Shown: positions 37,625-47,521, numbered from the stretch's first letter. The stretch: 64,000 bases of DNA from Nocardioides sp. (GCA_035539555.1 DATLIG010000155.1:2422-66421), one strand, 5' to 3'. Translations and numbers: made by a program. Notes: a model not told the origin generated them from the letters alone.

Positions 37625-37850
37625 ATGAAGACGCTCGAAGGGAAGGTCGCTGGCGCGCGAAGGCGCAGGGGTGGCACTCGCCGCACGCGGCCGTGACGCG
37701 CTGGACGCGGAGGCAGCCACGATCGGCGCCGCGGCCAGCCCGTACCCATGCGACATGAGCCTCCGCGAGGAGGTCGGGCGCTACGGCATCGGTGTCTCAC
37801 TCGGCCGGCCCTCCGAGGTCAACCCCGCGGTAGCAGTGGGCAAGGCCTGA
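37625..37850 (+). pseudogene. SDR oxidoreductase remnant with internal deletions
   Basis: MKTLEGKVA, frameshift, LAREGAGVALAARGRDALDAEAATIG...PCDMS joined directly to LREEVGRYGIGVSL; TGxxxGxG and YxxxK missing. Confidence 0.7.
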
Positions 37851-37913
37851 GGCAATGGCAGATCGGGCCAGACACAGCGGTGGGCCGGCCCTGCGCAGGA
37901 CGGGTGCGGCCGC

Positions 37914-38771
37914 TCAGCCAGCGAGGAAGTCGGCGACGACCGGCGCGAATTCCTCGTGGAACTGGAAGATCCCGCCGTGGCCTGAATCCGGGTAGATGAC
38001 CAGGCGGCTGCCCGTGATCCGGCGGTGCAGGTCCTCGGAGAGGGCCGAGGGCACCATGCGGTCGTGGTCGCCGTTGGCGATCAGGGTCGGCTGCGTGATC
38101 GCCGAGAGGTCCGAGGGAGCCGATCGGCCGTACTTCTGGATCGCCTTGAGCTGGGTCCGCAGGGTCGTGACGCCGACCGGCCTGTCGCGGTCGGTGGTGC
38201 GCTCCTGGAGGCGGGCGATGAACGCCTTGGCGGCCGCCTTGCCGGCCGTGTCGCGGTTGAAGAACAGGAACTCCTTCGGGTCCGACCGGGTGAGGGTCGC
38301 GCGCAGGATGTCCCGGTACGTCGTCCCGACGACCTTGTCGATGTCCTTGCCGCCGCGCGGCCCCGTCCCGGTCAGCACCAGCCGGCGTACCAGGCCCGGG
38401 TGCTCGAGGACGAGGTCCTGCGCGATGAACCCGCCCATCGAGAAGGAGAGGATGTCGACGGTCTCGAACCCGAGCGCCGCGATGAACTCGTGTGCGTGGT
38501 CGGCGGCCTCCTCGATGGTGCGGGCGACCTTGCCGGTCGAACGGCCGACGCCGCGTTGGTCGAAGGCGATCACGTGGCGGTTCCGCGCGATCGGGTCGAC
38601 GATCCGCGGGTCCCAGTTGTCCAGGTTCGCGGCGAGGTGCACGAAGAGGACCACGGGGATGCCGCCTCGCGGGCCGAGCTCCCGATAGGCGTAGGTCGCC
38701 CCGGCGGTGGTCACGGTCCGTGTCGGAGCGAGTGCATAGGAGGTGATGACGGGGTCATTGCTGGTGGTCAT
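37914..38771 (-). CDS. Alpha/beta hydrolase
   Basis: AYRELG, NLDNWDP, SFSMGG, NGDHD, YPDSGHGGIFQ. Confidence 0.92.
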   Translation of the reverse strand: MTTSNDPVITSYALAPTRTVTTAGATYAYRELGPRGGIPVVLFVHLAANLDNWDPRIVDPIARNRHVIAFDQRGVGRSTGKVARTIEEAADHAHEFIAALGFETVDILSFSMGGFIAQDLVLEHPGLVRRLVLTGTGPRGGKDIDKVVGTTYRDILRATLTRSDPKEFLFFNRDTAGKAAAKAFIARLQERTTDRDRPVGVTTLRTQLKAIQKYGRSAPSDLSAITQPTLIANGDHDRMVPSALSEDLHRRITGSRLVIYPDSGHGGIFQFHEEFAPVVADFLAG

Positions 38772-38860
38772 GGTGATCCTCGGGGCGTGGTGGGGGGTGC
38801 CGCCGGCGTTGGGTGCAGTGGGGAGGACGCCAGCGCCGGCCCGGCTCGCGTCGTGCGTCG

Positions 38861-39712
38861 TCAGCGGAGGAACGTCAGGACTTCCGGGACGAAGCGGTCG
38901 TGGTGCTGGAAGGCGCCACCGTGGCCCGCGTCGGGATAGATCACCAGGCGGGCGTCCGGCAGCCGGTGGGCCAGCTCGAAGGAACCGCGGGTGGCGAGCA
39001 TGCGGTCGTCCTCTCCGTTGACGACCAGGGTGGGATGCCGGATCGCGCCCAGGTCCAGCGGGTCCCCAGCACCCCAGCGGGCGATCGCGAGCATCTGTCG
39101 GGCAGCGGCGCGGACGGAGGTCCGCGGCACGCGGTCGCCCGACCGTTCGCCGAGGCGCGCCATGTACGCCGCGGCGGCGTACCGACCCGGCCCGGTCCGG
39201 GTGAAGAACAGCAGGGGCTTGGGGTCGCGCAGGGTGACGGCTGCCAGGGCGGTGTCGGTCAGGAGGCGGCGGTTCAACCGGCCGACGCCCTTGAAGCCGG
39301 CCGGTCCGGTGCCGGCGAGGACGAGCCGGCGTACCAGCTGCGGCTCCTTGGTCGCGATGACCTGGGCGACGAAGCCGCCGAGGGAGAAGCCCAGCAGGTC
39401 GACCTCCGGCCAGCCGGAAGCACGGATGAACGCAATGGCATCCCGAGCCATCGCCTCCACCGTGGTGGGAACACGGCCGCGGGTGCCCCCGACCCCTCGG
39501 TTGTCGACGACCACGACGTGACGTTCGGCGGCGATGCCGTCGAGGACGCGCGGATCCCAGTCGTCGATGGTGGCCGTGAAGTGGTGCAGGAGCACCAGCG
39601 GTACGCCGGAGCGTGGGCCGAGCTCCCGCCAGGTGAACCGGGTGCCGTCGACCTCGGCGTGGCGCGTCGGGGTCGTGGCGGCGGTGGCGGTGGTGGTTGT
39701 TGAGGGCGTCAT
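38861..39712 (-). CDS. Alpha/beta hydrolase
   Basis: WRELG, DDWDP, GFSLGG, YPDAGHGGAFQ. Confidence 0.92.
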   Translation of the reverse strand: MTPSTTTTATAATTPTRHAEVDGTRFTWRELGPRSGVPLVLLHHFTATIDDWDPRVLDGIAAERHVVVVDNRGVGGTRGRVPTTVEAMARDAIAFIRASGWPEVDLLGFSLGGFVAQVIATKEPQLVRRLVLAGTGPAGFKGVGRLNRRLLTDTALAAVTLRDPKPLLFFTRTGPGRYAAAAYMARLGERSGDRVPRTSVRAAARQMLAIARWGAGDPLDLGAIRHPTLVVNGEDDRMLATRGSFELAHRLPDARLVIYPDAGHGGAFQHHDRFVPEVLTFLR

Positions 39713-40701
39713 CTGCTCACCACGATCTTCCCGTTCGCCTTGCCCTGCTCGACGTAGGCCATCGCGTCGAGCGTCCGGTCGAAGGGGAACGTCCGGTCGA
39801 GGACCGGTCGCAGGATCCCCGCGTCGTAGAGGGCTGCCAGTGTGGTGAGCTGGGCACCGCTCGCGCGCATGAAGAAGAACGAGTAGCGCACGCCGAGCCT
39901 GCGGGCCTGCCGCCGGACCTTCCGGCTCAGGAGCGCCATGACGGGCTTCAGCAGCGGCTGTCCGAGCTGGGCCGCGAAGGCCGGGTCGGGCGGGCCGACC
40001 ACGCTGATGGCCAGACCGCCGGGCGCGAGCACGGTCAGCGACCTCTCCAGGCTGTCGGCGCCGAGCGAGTCGACCACGACGTCGTACCCCGACAGGACGG
40101 TGGTGAAGTCCTGCTGCGTGTAGTCGACGACCTCGTCGGCGCCGAGGTCGCGCACCTTGTCGACGTCCTTGGTGTGGGCGGTCGTCGCGACGTGGGCGCC
40201 GAGGTGCCGGGCGACCTGGATCACCGTCGAGCCGAGTCCGCCGGCACCCGCGTGGACCAGCACCTTCTGCCCGGGCTGCACGGCGGCGACGTCGACCAGG
40301 GCCTGCCACGCGGCAAGTGCGACGAGCGGCACGGCGGCCGCTTCCTCGAAGGTCAACGTGGTGGGCTTCAGGGCCACGTCGTCGACGTCGATGGCGATCT
40401 GCTCGGCGAAGGCTCCGATGCGCCGGTCGCGCGGGCGTGCGTAGACCTCGTCGCCCATCGCGAAGCCGCGGACGTCGGCTCCGACCCCCGTCACCACGCC
40501 GGACAGGTCGTGGCCGAGCACGAAGGGTCGCCGGTACTTGATGAGCTGCTTGAACTCGCCGTTGCGCACCATCTTGTCGAGCGGGTTGATGCTGGCGGCG
40601 CGGATGTCGACCAGCACGTCGCGAGGCCCGGTCGCGGGCGCCGGGACGTCGGCTGCGGCGAGGCCGTCGGGTCCGTAGTGGGTGACGGCGAAGGCTCTCA
40701 T
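39709..40701 (-). CDS. NADP-dependent MDR oxidoreductase
   Basis: SINPLD, LGHDLSG, VLVHAGAGGLG, GKIVV. Confidence 0.92.
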   Translation of the reverse strand: MRAFAVTHYGPDGLAAADVPAPATGPRDVLVDIRAASINPLDKMVRNGEFKQLIKYRRPFVLGHDLSGVVTGVGADVRGFAMGDEVYARPRDRRIGAFAEQIAIDVDDVALKPTTLTFEEAAAVPLVALAAWQALVDVAAVQPGQKVLVHAGAGGLGSTVIQVARHLGAHVATTAHTKDVDKVRDLGADEVVDYTQQDFTTVLSGYDVVVDSLGADSLERSLTVLAPGGLAISVVGPPDPAFAAQLGQPLLKPVMALLSRKVRRQARRLGVRYSFFFMRASGAQLTTLAALYDAGILRPVLDRTFPFDRTLDAMAYVEQGKANGKIVVSR

Positions 40702-41312
40702 GATGTCTCCTGCTCGAGTGGTGCGGTGGTGCCCGAAGCTGCGCCGATGATGGGCATGGCCTGGGCGTGGGCGGCGGTGAGGATCTGCTCGGACAGCACG
40801 GGATCGGTGACGGCGCGAGCCAGCTGCAGCGAGCCGACGAGGAGCGTGAACAGGCTGATCGCGCGTTGCTCCGTGCGCGCCGCGTCGCCGTCGTCGAGGT
40901 GTCGGGCGATCGCCGCCACCATCGCCCGGGCGCCATCCGTGTAGGCCTGCCGGGTCGCCTCGTCGCAGCGGGCGATCTCGTCGAGCAGCGCGGCTGAGGG
41001 ACAGCCGCCCGCGAGGTCGTCGCGGTGCTCGGGGGAGAGGTAGTACCTGAGGAACGACTCGACCGAGGCGACGCCCGCGGGCATCGCGTCGATCACCGCG
41101 ACCTGGTCCGCGAGCTGCTGGGCGACGACCGTCGCCACCAGGTCGTCCTTCGAGCTGAAGTGACCGTAGAAGGCGCCGTTGGTCAGGCCGGCGTCGGCGA
41201 CCAGGGTGGCGATGCCGGAGCCGTCGATGCCGTCGCTCTTGAACCGCCGGCCGGCGGTCTCGACCATCCGGCGCCGGGTCGCTTCCTTGTGCTCGGGGCT
41301 GTACCTCGCCAT
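40698..41312 (-). CDS. TetR family regulator
   Basis: DAGLTNGAFYGHFSSKDDL, GCPSAAL; RBS AGGAGAG. Confidence 0.92.
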   Translation of the reverse strand: MARYSPEHKEATRRRMVETAGRRFKSDGIDGSGIATLVADAGLTNGAFYGHFSSKDDLVATVVAQQLADQVAVIDAMPAGVASVESFLRYYLSPEHRDDLAGGCPSAALLDEIARCDEATRQAYTDGARAMVAAIARHLDDGDAARTEQRAISLFTLLVGSLQLARAVTDPVLSEQILTAAHAQAMPIIGAASGTTAPLEQETS

Positions 41313-41352
41313 GACGCGCTCTCCTCTTCTCGGGGCTTGCCAGAAGGATAAC

Positions 41353-41380
41353 AGTACGATCATACTATTACGAACGTAAT
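41353..41380. promoter_or_regulatory. Tandem 14-bp palindromic operators (likely TetR)
   Basis: AGTACGATCATACT and ATTACGAACGTAAT between divergent genes. Confidence 0.6.
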
Positions 41381-41403
41381 GCAATCCCGAATTGGAGCCC
41401 GCC

Positions 41404-42651
41404 ATGCCCGTACTCGCTGATCCCCTTGACCTGCCGTCGGGCCTGCGCCTGCCCAACCGGATCGCGAAGGCGGCCCTGAGTGAGGCTCTCGGGGACGGGG
41501 GCAACTCCCCGGACGACCGCATCGTCGCCCTCTACCGGCGCTGGGCGGACGGCGGCTACGGCCTGCTGGTCACCGGCAACATCATGGTCGACCGCGCGCA
41601 CCTGGGGGAGCCGGGCAACATCGCCATCGAGGACGACCGCGACCTGCCCCAGCTGCTGGCCTGGACCAAGGCAGCCCATGACGGAGGAGCGGCGATCTTC
41701 GCCCAGCTCAACCACCCGGGCCGGCAGTCGAACCTGCTCAACATCGGGCACGTCCCGGTCGCGCCCAGCGCCGTGGCGCTGTCGCTCCCGGGGGCCGTCG
41801 TCCCACGTGAGCTCACCTCGGCGGAGATCGAGGACATCATCGAACGCTTCGCGACGGCCGCCGCGGTGTGCGAGGAGGCCGGCTTCGACGGCGTCCAGGT
41901 CCACGCCGCGCACGGGTACCTCGCGACGCAGTTCCTCTCGCCTCTCACGAACCTGCGCGAGGACGAGTGGGGAGGTGACGCGGACCGGCGCATGAGGTTC
42001 CTCCTCGAGGTCGTCCGCCGGGTCCGTGGGCGGGTGAGCCCCGGATTCGCCGTGGCGGTGAAGCTCAACTCCGCCGACTTCCAGCGTGGCGGCTTCAGCG
42101 AGGACGACTCGCGGGCCGTGGTCGCCGCGCTGGCGGCCGAGAAGGTCGACCTGATCGAGATCAGCGGGGGCAACTACGAGTCCCCGGCGATGTCCGGCTC
42201 GGCTGCTCCGTCGACGCGGGCCCGCGAGGCCTACTTCCTCGACTACGCCCGGTCGGTCCGCGCTGCCGCGGGCGGCGTACCGCTCGCGGTCACCGGAGGG
42301 TTCCGCACCCACGCCGGGATGCAGGAGGCGCTGACGGCCGGCGACTGCGACGTCGTCGGGATCGCGCGCCCGACCGTCACGACCACCGACGCGGCCGACG
42401 CCATCCTGAGGGGACGTACCGCGACCCTGGAGACCCACGAGATCGGCGTGGGGATGCGCCGCGTGATCGGCCGGATCGCCGACCTGAAGACCCTCGACGG
42501 GGTGCTCAACCTGGCCTGGAACGAGGACCAGATGCACCGTCTGGCCCGCGGCCAGGAGCCGGACCTGGAGCGAGGAGCGCTGCGCACCGCCGCGTCGATG
42601 ATCCGCCGCAACGGGCGGATCTCGGTCAAGCCCCGCCGGGGTGTCGCATGA
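41404..42651 (+). CDS. NADH:flavin oxidoreductase (Old Yellow Enzyme family)
   Basis: LPNRIAKAALSE, QLNHPGRQ, GFDGVQVHAAHGYL, KLNSADFQRGG. Confidence 0.93.
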   Translation: MPVLADPLDLPSGLRLPNRIAKAALSEALGDGGNSPDDRIVALYRRWADGGYGLLVTGNIMVDRAHLGEPGNIAIEDDRDLPQLLAWTKAAHDGGAAIFAQLNHPGRQSNLLNIGHVPVAPSAVALSLPGAVVPRELTSAEIEDIIERFATAAAVCEEAGFDGVQVHAAHGYLATQFLSPLTNLREDEWGGDADRRMRFLLEVVRRVRGRVSPGFAVAVKLNSADFQRGGFSEDDSRAVVAALAAEKVDLIEISGGNYESPAMSGSAAPSTRAREAYFLDYARSVRAAAGGVPLAVTGGFRTHAGMQEALTAGDCDVVGIARPTVTTTDAADAILRGRTATLETHEIGVGMRRVIGRIADLKTLDGVLNLAWNEDQMHRLARGQEPDLERGALRTAASMIRRNGRISVKPRRGVA

Positions 42652-43553
42652 GCCGCGACCGGTACGACCTCACCGACAAGGTCGTGCTGATCACCGGCGG
42701 CAACGGCGGCATCGGTGCCGCGACCACCCGCGCCCTCCTTGGTCGGGGAGCGAAGGTGGCCGTCGTCGACATCGACCCGGCCACGCCGTCGCGCGCCGCG
42801 GGGCTGCACCCGGTCGACGCGCTCGGATGCGTCGCCGACGTCCGCGACCGTGCCTCGCTCGATGCCGCCGTCGCCGCGACCGTCGAGCGGTTCGGGCGCC
42901 TCGACGTGGTGATCGCCAACGCCGGCCTCCTCGCCAAGGCGGCGACGATGCGCACCACTCCGGTGGCCGACATCGAGGCCACCCTGGCCGTCAACGTGAC
43001 CGGCGTCGCCAACAGCGTGGCAGCCGCGCTGCCCCAGGTGATCGAGCACGATGGCCAGGTCGTCCTGATCAGCTCGGTGTTCGCCTTCCTCAACGGGATG
43101 GGGACCATCCCCTACGCGATGAGCAAGGCCGCCGTCGAGCAGCTCGGACGCGGACTGCGGGTCGAGCTCGCCGACCACGGCGTCTCCGTCCTCACCGCCT
43201 ACTTCTCGCTCGTGCAGACCGACATGATCGCCCGTGGTGTCGACGAGGACCCGGTCGTCATGGAGCTGCTGGGCGCCCTGCCCAAGGTCATGTTGAAGCG
43301 GATCACCCCGGCCCAGGCCGCTGCGGGGATCGTCGACGGACTCGAGGTCCGGGCGGCGCGGGTCGTGCGGCCCGGCCTGTGGCGCCCGGTGTCCTCGCTG
43401 CGCGGCCTCGTCAACCCGACCCTTGACGCCCGCTTCGCACGGGACCGCCGCATCCTCGACGTCCTCGCCAGGCTCGACGCCCGTACGGCGCCACCCGGCT
43501 CCCTCGCCCCACCAGCCCTCCCCGCAGCGACCTCACGAAGGAAGAAGTCATGA
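42648..43553 (+). CDS. SDR family oxidoreductase
   Basis: ITGGNGGIG, ANAG, YAMSK. Confidence 0.92.
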   Translation: MSRDRYDLTDKVVLITGGNGGIGAATTRALLGRGAKVAVVDIDPATPSRAAGLHPVDALGCVADVRDRASLDAAVAATVERFGRLDVVIANAGLLAKAATMRTTPVADIEATLAVNVTGVANSVAAALPQVIEHDGQVVLISSVFAFLNGMGTIPYAMSKAAVEQLGRGLRVELADHGVSVLTAYFSLVQTDMIARGVDEDPVVMELLGALPKVMLKRITPAQAAAGIVDGLEVRAARVVRPGLWRPVSSLRGLVNPTLDARFARDRRILDVLARLDARTAPPGSLAPPALPAATSRRKKS

Positions 43554-44383
43554 CGACCTGGACGACCACCCCGAACAAGACCGTCGAGGTCGACGGCACG
43601 CCGTTCGCCTACCGCGAGCTCGGCAGGCCCGACGGCGTACCGGTGGTGTTCCTGCACCACTTCACTGCCGTCCTCGACGACTGGGACCCGCGGGTCATCG
43701 ACGGGGTGGCCGCGCAGCACCGCGTGATCGCCTTCGACAACCGCGGGGTCGGGGCGACCGGCGGCCGGGTGCCCCACGACATCGAGCAGATGGGCGCCGA
43801 CGCGATCGCCTTCATCCGTGCGCTCGGCCACCCGCAGGTGGACCTGATCGGCTTCTCGCTCGGTGGAGCGGTCGCCCAGATGGTGGCCCTGCAGGCTCCG
43901 CACCTCGTGCGACGCATGGTGGTTGCCGGCAGCGGCCCCCGCGGCGGCGGAGGCATCTGGAAGATGCCGTTCATCGTGGGTGGCGCCTACACCAAGGCGT
44001 TCCTGACGCGGAAGGACCCGCGCCACTTCCTCTTCTTCCCCCGCACCGCTGCAGGCAAGGAGGCGGCCGCGGCGTACTTCCAGCGCCTGGCCGAGCGGAG
44101 GACAGGACGCGACAAGCCGATCTCGGCGCAGGCGCGCCTGGCCCAGCTGCGGGCGATCACGAGCGCCGGGCTGCATCCCGCCGACGACCTCTCGCAGATC
44201 ACCGTGCCGGTGCTCGTCGCCAACGGGGACAAGGACCTCATGGTCGCCAGCGAGCACTCCCGGGACATGGCGGAGCGTCTCCCCGACGCACGCCTGCGGA
44301 TCTATCCGGACTCGGGGCACGGGGGCGTCTTCCAGTACCACGAGGAGTTCGTGCCCGAGGTCCTCTCCTTCCTGGCGGGCTGA
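43550..44383 (+). CDS. Alpha/beta hydrolase
   Basis: AYRELG, DDWDP, GFSLGG, YPDSGHGGVFQ. Confidence 0.92.
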   Translation: MTTWTTTPNKTVEVDGTPFAYRELGRPDGVPVVFLHHFTAVLDDWDPRVIDGVAAQHRVIAFDNRGVGATGGRVPHDIEQMGADAIAFIRALGHPQVDLIGFSLGGAVAQMVALQAPHLVRRMVVAGSGPRGGGGIWKMPFIVGGAYTKAFLTRKDPRHFLFFPRTAAGKEAAAAYFQRLAERRTGRDKPISAQARLAQLRAITSAGLHPADDLSQITVPVLVANGDKDLMVASEHSRDMAERLPDARLRIYPDSGHGGVFQYHEEFVPEVLSFLAG

Positions 44384-44386
44384 GCG

Positions 44387-45148
44387 ATGGCCAGCACGAG
44401 CCAGCCCGACTTCGTGACCATCGACGCCTTCGCCCGCCCGGCCGGAGGGCGGATCCGCTGGCGTCGGTCGCTGCGCCGCCTGATCGCCGAGGGTGTCGAG
44501 GGACTGCGCGGGGCGAGCGTCAACTACTCCAACGACGGCACGCATGCCGTGCCTCCGTCGCTGCTGCCCGGCGGGTGCGCGCTGGTCGCGGCGTGGGAGT
44601 CCCCGGATGCGGCCGAGGCCGCGTTCGCGGGCCCGCTCAGGGACGCGATCGACCAGCCCCGACGGTTCAGCCTCGACGGCGAGGTCGTGCGGGTCAGGGT
44701 CGACTCGGAGTCGGAGAGCGACGGTTGGCACGGCTGGGAGCCACGTGCCGGCGACGCCGAGCCGCTGGCGAAGGAGGAGCCGATGGTGGCGATCGTCCAC
44801 GGCGTCCTCCGTCGTGGCGAGCTCCTCACGTTCGTCCGCAACAACGTGCACGCCGCCAGCCGTGCCGCCCACCACCCGGGGCACCGCGGCAGCATCGACA
44901 TCTCCTCACAGCTGCCCTTCGAGCACACCTCGATCAGCCTCTGGAAGACCTACGCCCTCGCCCAGGACTTCGCCTACCGGCCGGGAGGCCATGCCAGCGC
45001 CATGACCCACGCGCTCAAGGCGAAGACGCATCAGGTCGGGGTCTTCCTCCAGGTCCGGCCGCTCGCGTGCAGCGGGACCCTCGGCACCGACACGCCCCCG
45101 TTCCCCGAGCTGCCCGCCGCCGAGCGCGCGGGGCTCAGGGTCGGCTGA
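44387..45148 (+). CDS. Hypothetical protein, spheroidene monooxygenase (CrtA)-like
   Basis: LVAAWES..A, PMVAIVHG, HPG, TSISLWKT..AQDFAY..GHASAM, QVRPLACSGT pattern resembles CrtA by eye. Confidence 0.55.
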   Translation: MASTSQPDFVTIDAFARPAGGRIRWRRSLRRLIAEGVEGLRGASVNYSNDGTHAVPPSLLPGGCALVAAWESPDAAEAAFAGPLRDAIDQPRRFSLDGEVVRVRVDSESESDGWHGWEPRAGDAEPLAKEEPMVAIVHGVLRRGELLTFVRNNVHAASRAAHHPGHRGSIDISSQLPFEHTSISLWKTYALAQDFAYRPGGHASAMTHALKAKTHQVGVFLQVRPLACSGTLGTDTPPFPELPAAERAGLRVG

Positions 45149-45179
45149 GCCGCGGTCCACCGAGCTCCTGGGCCCGGGC

Positions 45180-45872
45180 TCAGGAGCTCGGCAGGGGCAC
45201 CCGCGCCAGCGCCGCCTCGTGGGAGGCGCGCGCTGCCGCAGGGTCCGCGCCCAACCCGATGCAGAAGGTGACGCCCATCGGGACCAGCACCTGCCGCACC
45301 GGGTCGTCGAAGGCGGTGAAGTGGCTGGCGAGCTCGAGCGTGATGTAGCCGTGCACGAAGCTCCACAGCGCCCCGGCTGCCACCGCCGGGTCGTCGACGG
45401 TGAGGCGTCCGCTGGTCCCGAGGCGCGCGGCGGCCTCCAGCACATGGGCGTACGCGGCGTTGAACGCGGGGGAGTGGCCGGCCCGTCGCTCGCCCCGGGC
45501 AGAGGCGGGTCGGTAGGTGGCCCGGGTCGACAGGCCGAACATGGCGTCGTACAGGTGCGGGTTCGAGCGGGCCTGGGACAAGGTCTCCAGTGCCATCGCG
45601 AACAGGTCGGCGATCGGGTCCTCGCTGACGTCGATCCGCTCGAACGCCTCGCCGAGCCGGCTGAAGCCGTGGTCCGCGACAGCGTTGAGGAGCTCGGGCA
45701 CGCCGCCGAAGTAGTTGTAGACGACCATGCTCGACATGCCCGCCCTCGCGGCCACCGCCCGCGCCTTGATGGCCGACGGTCCCTCCTCGGCCAGCATCGC
45801 GACGGCCGCGTCGACCAGGCGCTCGGCGATCCCGTTGGAGCGGTCCTCGGCCGTGGTGGGATCTGTCGCCAT
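45180..45872 (-). CDS. TetR family regulator (WHG-type C-terminus)
   Basis: RAVAARAGMSSMVVYNYFGG, LWSFVHG. Confidence 0.9.
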   Translation of the reverse strand: MATDPTTAEDRSNGIAERLVDAAVAMLAEEGPSAIKARAVAARAGMSSMVVYNYFGGVPELLNAVADHGFSRLGEAFERIDVSEDPIADLFAMALETLSQARSNPHLYDAMFGLSTRATYRPASARGERRAGHSPAFNAAYAHVLEAAARLGTSGRLTVDDPAVAAGALWSFVHGYITLELASHFTAFDDPVRQVLVPMGVTFCIGLGADPAAARASHEAALARVPLPSS

Positions 45873-45877
45873 GGCGC

Positions 45878-47479
45878 CTATCGTCCCAAAGTCGCCGGCG
45901 GGACCTGCGCCATGGCGTGCTCGGCGAGTGCGGTGATCGTCAGCGCCGGGTTGACCCCCGGGTTGGCGGGAAGCGCAGCGGCGTCGCAGACGACCAGGTT
46001 GCGGTAGCCGAAGACGCGCAGCCGTTCGTCGACGACACCGGTGGCCGGGGTCGCGCCGATCACGGCGCCGCCGAGGACATGGGCCGTCATCGGCCGGTTC
46101 CCGATCGCCTCGAAGACACTGCTCTGCGCGATGCCGCCGGTGCGCTCCGCCAGCCACCGTGCCACCCGGTGGCCCGCATCGATGTACGCCGGAGCGGGCC
46201 GCTCGTCGTCGCGCCGGGTGGCGAGCCGGAATCCGCGCCCCAGCAGGCGCCGCCTGGCGACGAACCGGATCGCGTCGTCGCGCGGTTGCATGACCAGCAT
46301 CATCAGGGTGCGGGCACTCCAACCGCCGCGCATCGTGGCGATCCAGCGGCCGGGATGCCGCGCCACGCTGCGGAGCAAGGTGAGCGGGCGTCGTACTCCG
46401 CCGCCGTCGCCCACCAGGAGCGTGAACATCACTCGCATGAAGTCTCCGCGAGGCCCGTAGGTGAGGAGCTCGACCTGCGTGTCGTCGTCGACGACCACCC
46501 GGCTGCTCGCGGTGACGTCGCGCCAGGTCCCGACGTCCTCGGGGAGCAGGACGGACAGCACCGCCTCGCTGTTCGTCCGCACCAGATGCCCCAGCCGATC
46601 GCTGAGGGCGGGAAGCGATCCGCGGTGCTTGCAGTCGGCCAGGAGCTCGTTGGTCCCCACCGCGCCGGCGGCGAACACCACGCCGCGCGCCGTGAGGACG
46701 GTGACGTCGCGGCGCCGGCCGGGGCCGGGGCGGCGGGTGACGATCCGGTAGCCGTCGCCCCCGTCCGCCGCGCCGAGGGGCGCCACGTCGACCACCTCGC
46801 GCTCGGCGAGGACGCGGGCACCGTGCTTGCGGGCGAACCAGAGGTAGTTCTTGGTGAGCCGGTTCGCGGCGCCGACGGGGCAGCCGGTCATGCACTGACC
46901 GCACCGGGTGCATCCGGTGCGGTCCGGGCCGGCGCCCCCGAAGTACGGGTCGGGGACGGTGACGCCCGGCCGGCCGAAGAACACGGCCACGGGCGCCGGG
47001 GCGAAGTCGCCGCCGAAGTGCTCGGCCACGTCGCGGGTCAGGCCGCTCGTCACCGACTGCCAGGGCGTCGTGCTGGCCCCGAGCATCCGTTCGGCCGTGG
47101 CGAAGTGGGGATCGAGGAGGTCCGTCCAGGGGCCGAGGTCGCGCCAGGGGCCCGTCGCGAAGAAGGCGGCGTGCGGGCGGAACAGGACACCGCCGTACAC
47201 CAGGCTCCCGCCACCCACGCCGGTCTGGGTGGAGCTGAACACGTGGCGGAAGAGGACGTTGCGCATGATCCCGCGCAGCCCGGCCGCCGGCGCCCAGACG
47301 AACCGGCGGCGGTCGGAGGCCGACGTGGGGAGCTCGTCGTCGCCGTACTCGCGACCGCGCTCGACGACCGCGACCCGGTAGCCCTTCTCGGCCAGGCGCA
47401 GGGCGGCGACGCTGCCGCCGAAGCCGGACCCGACGACGACCCAGTCGTGGTCCAGCGGGGGAACGGTGGTGCTGCTCAC
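45878..47479 (-). CDS. GMC oxidoreductase, cholesterol oxidase ChoD-like
   Basis: VVGSGFGGSVAALRLAEKGY, GVGGGSLVY, CTRCGQCMTGC, TAHVLGG, NPGVNPALTI. Confidence 0.9.
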   Translation of the reverse strand: MSSTTVPPLDHDWVVVGSGFGGSVAALRLAEKGYRVAVVERGREYGDDELPTSASDRRRFVWAPAAGLRGIMRNVLFRHVFSSTQTGVGGGSLVYGGVLFRPHAAFFATGPWRDLGPWTDLLDPHFATAERMLGASTTPWQSVTSGLTRDVAEHFGGDFAPAPVAVFFGRPGVTVPDPYFGGAGPDRTGCTRCGQCMTGCPVGAANRLTKNYLWFARKHGARVLAEREVVDVAPLGAADGGDGYRIVTRRPGPGRRRDVTVLTARGVVFAAGAVGTNELLADCKHRGSLPALSDRLGHLVRTNSEAVLSVLLPEDVGTWRDVTASSRVVVDDDTQVELLTYGPRGDFMRVMFTLLVGDGGGVRRPLTLLRSVARHPGRWIATMRGGWSARTLMMLVMQPRDDAIRFVARRRLLGRGFRLATRRDDERPAPAYIDAGHRVARWLAERTGGIAQSSVFEAIGNRPMTAHVLGGAVIGATPATGVVDERLRVFGYRNLVVCDAAALPANPGVNPALTITALAEHAMAQVPPATLGR

Positions 47480-47508
47480 GGCGACTCCTCGAGGGTTGTG
47501 GGCTCAGA

Positions 47509-47521
47509 ATAACTTCGTTAT
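47509..47521. promoter_or_regulatory. Short palindromic operator between divergent operons
   Basis: ATAAC-ttc-GTTAT. Confidence 0.45.

Noticed and set aside
47509-47521. ATAACTTCGT resembles a loxP half-site
   Set aside because: Only 10 nt match, with no second arm; it is a self-contained palindrome in a divergent promoter
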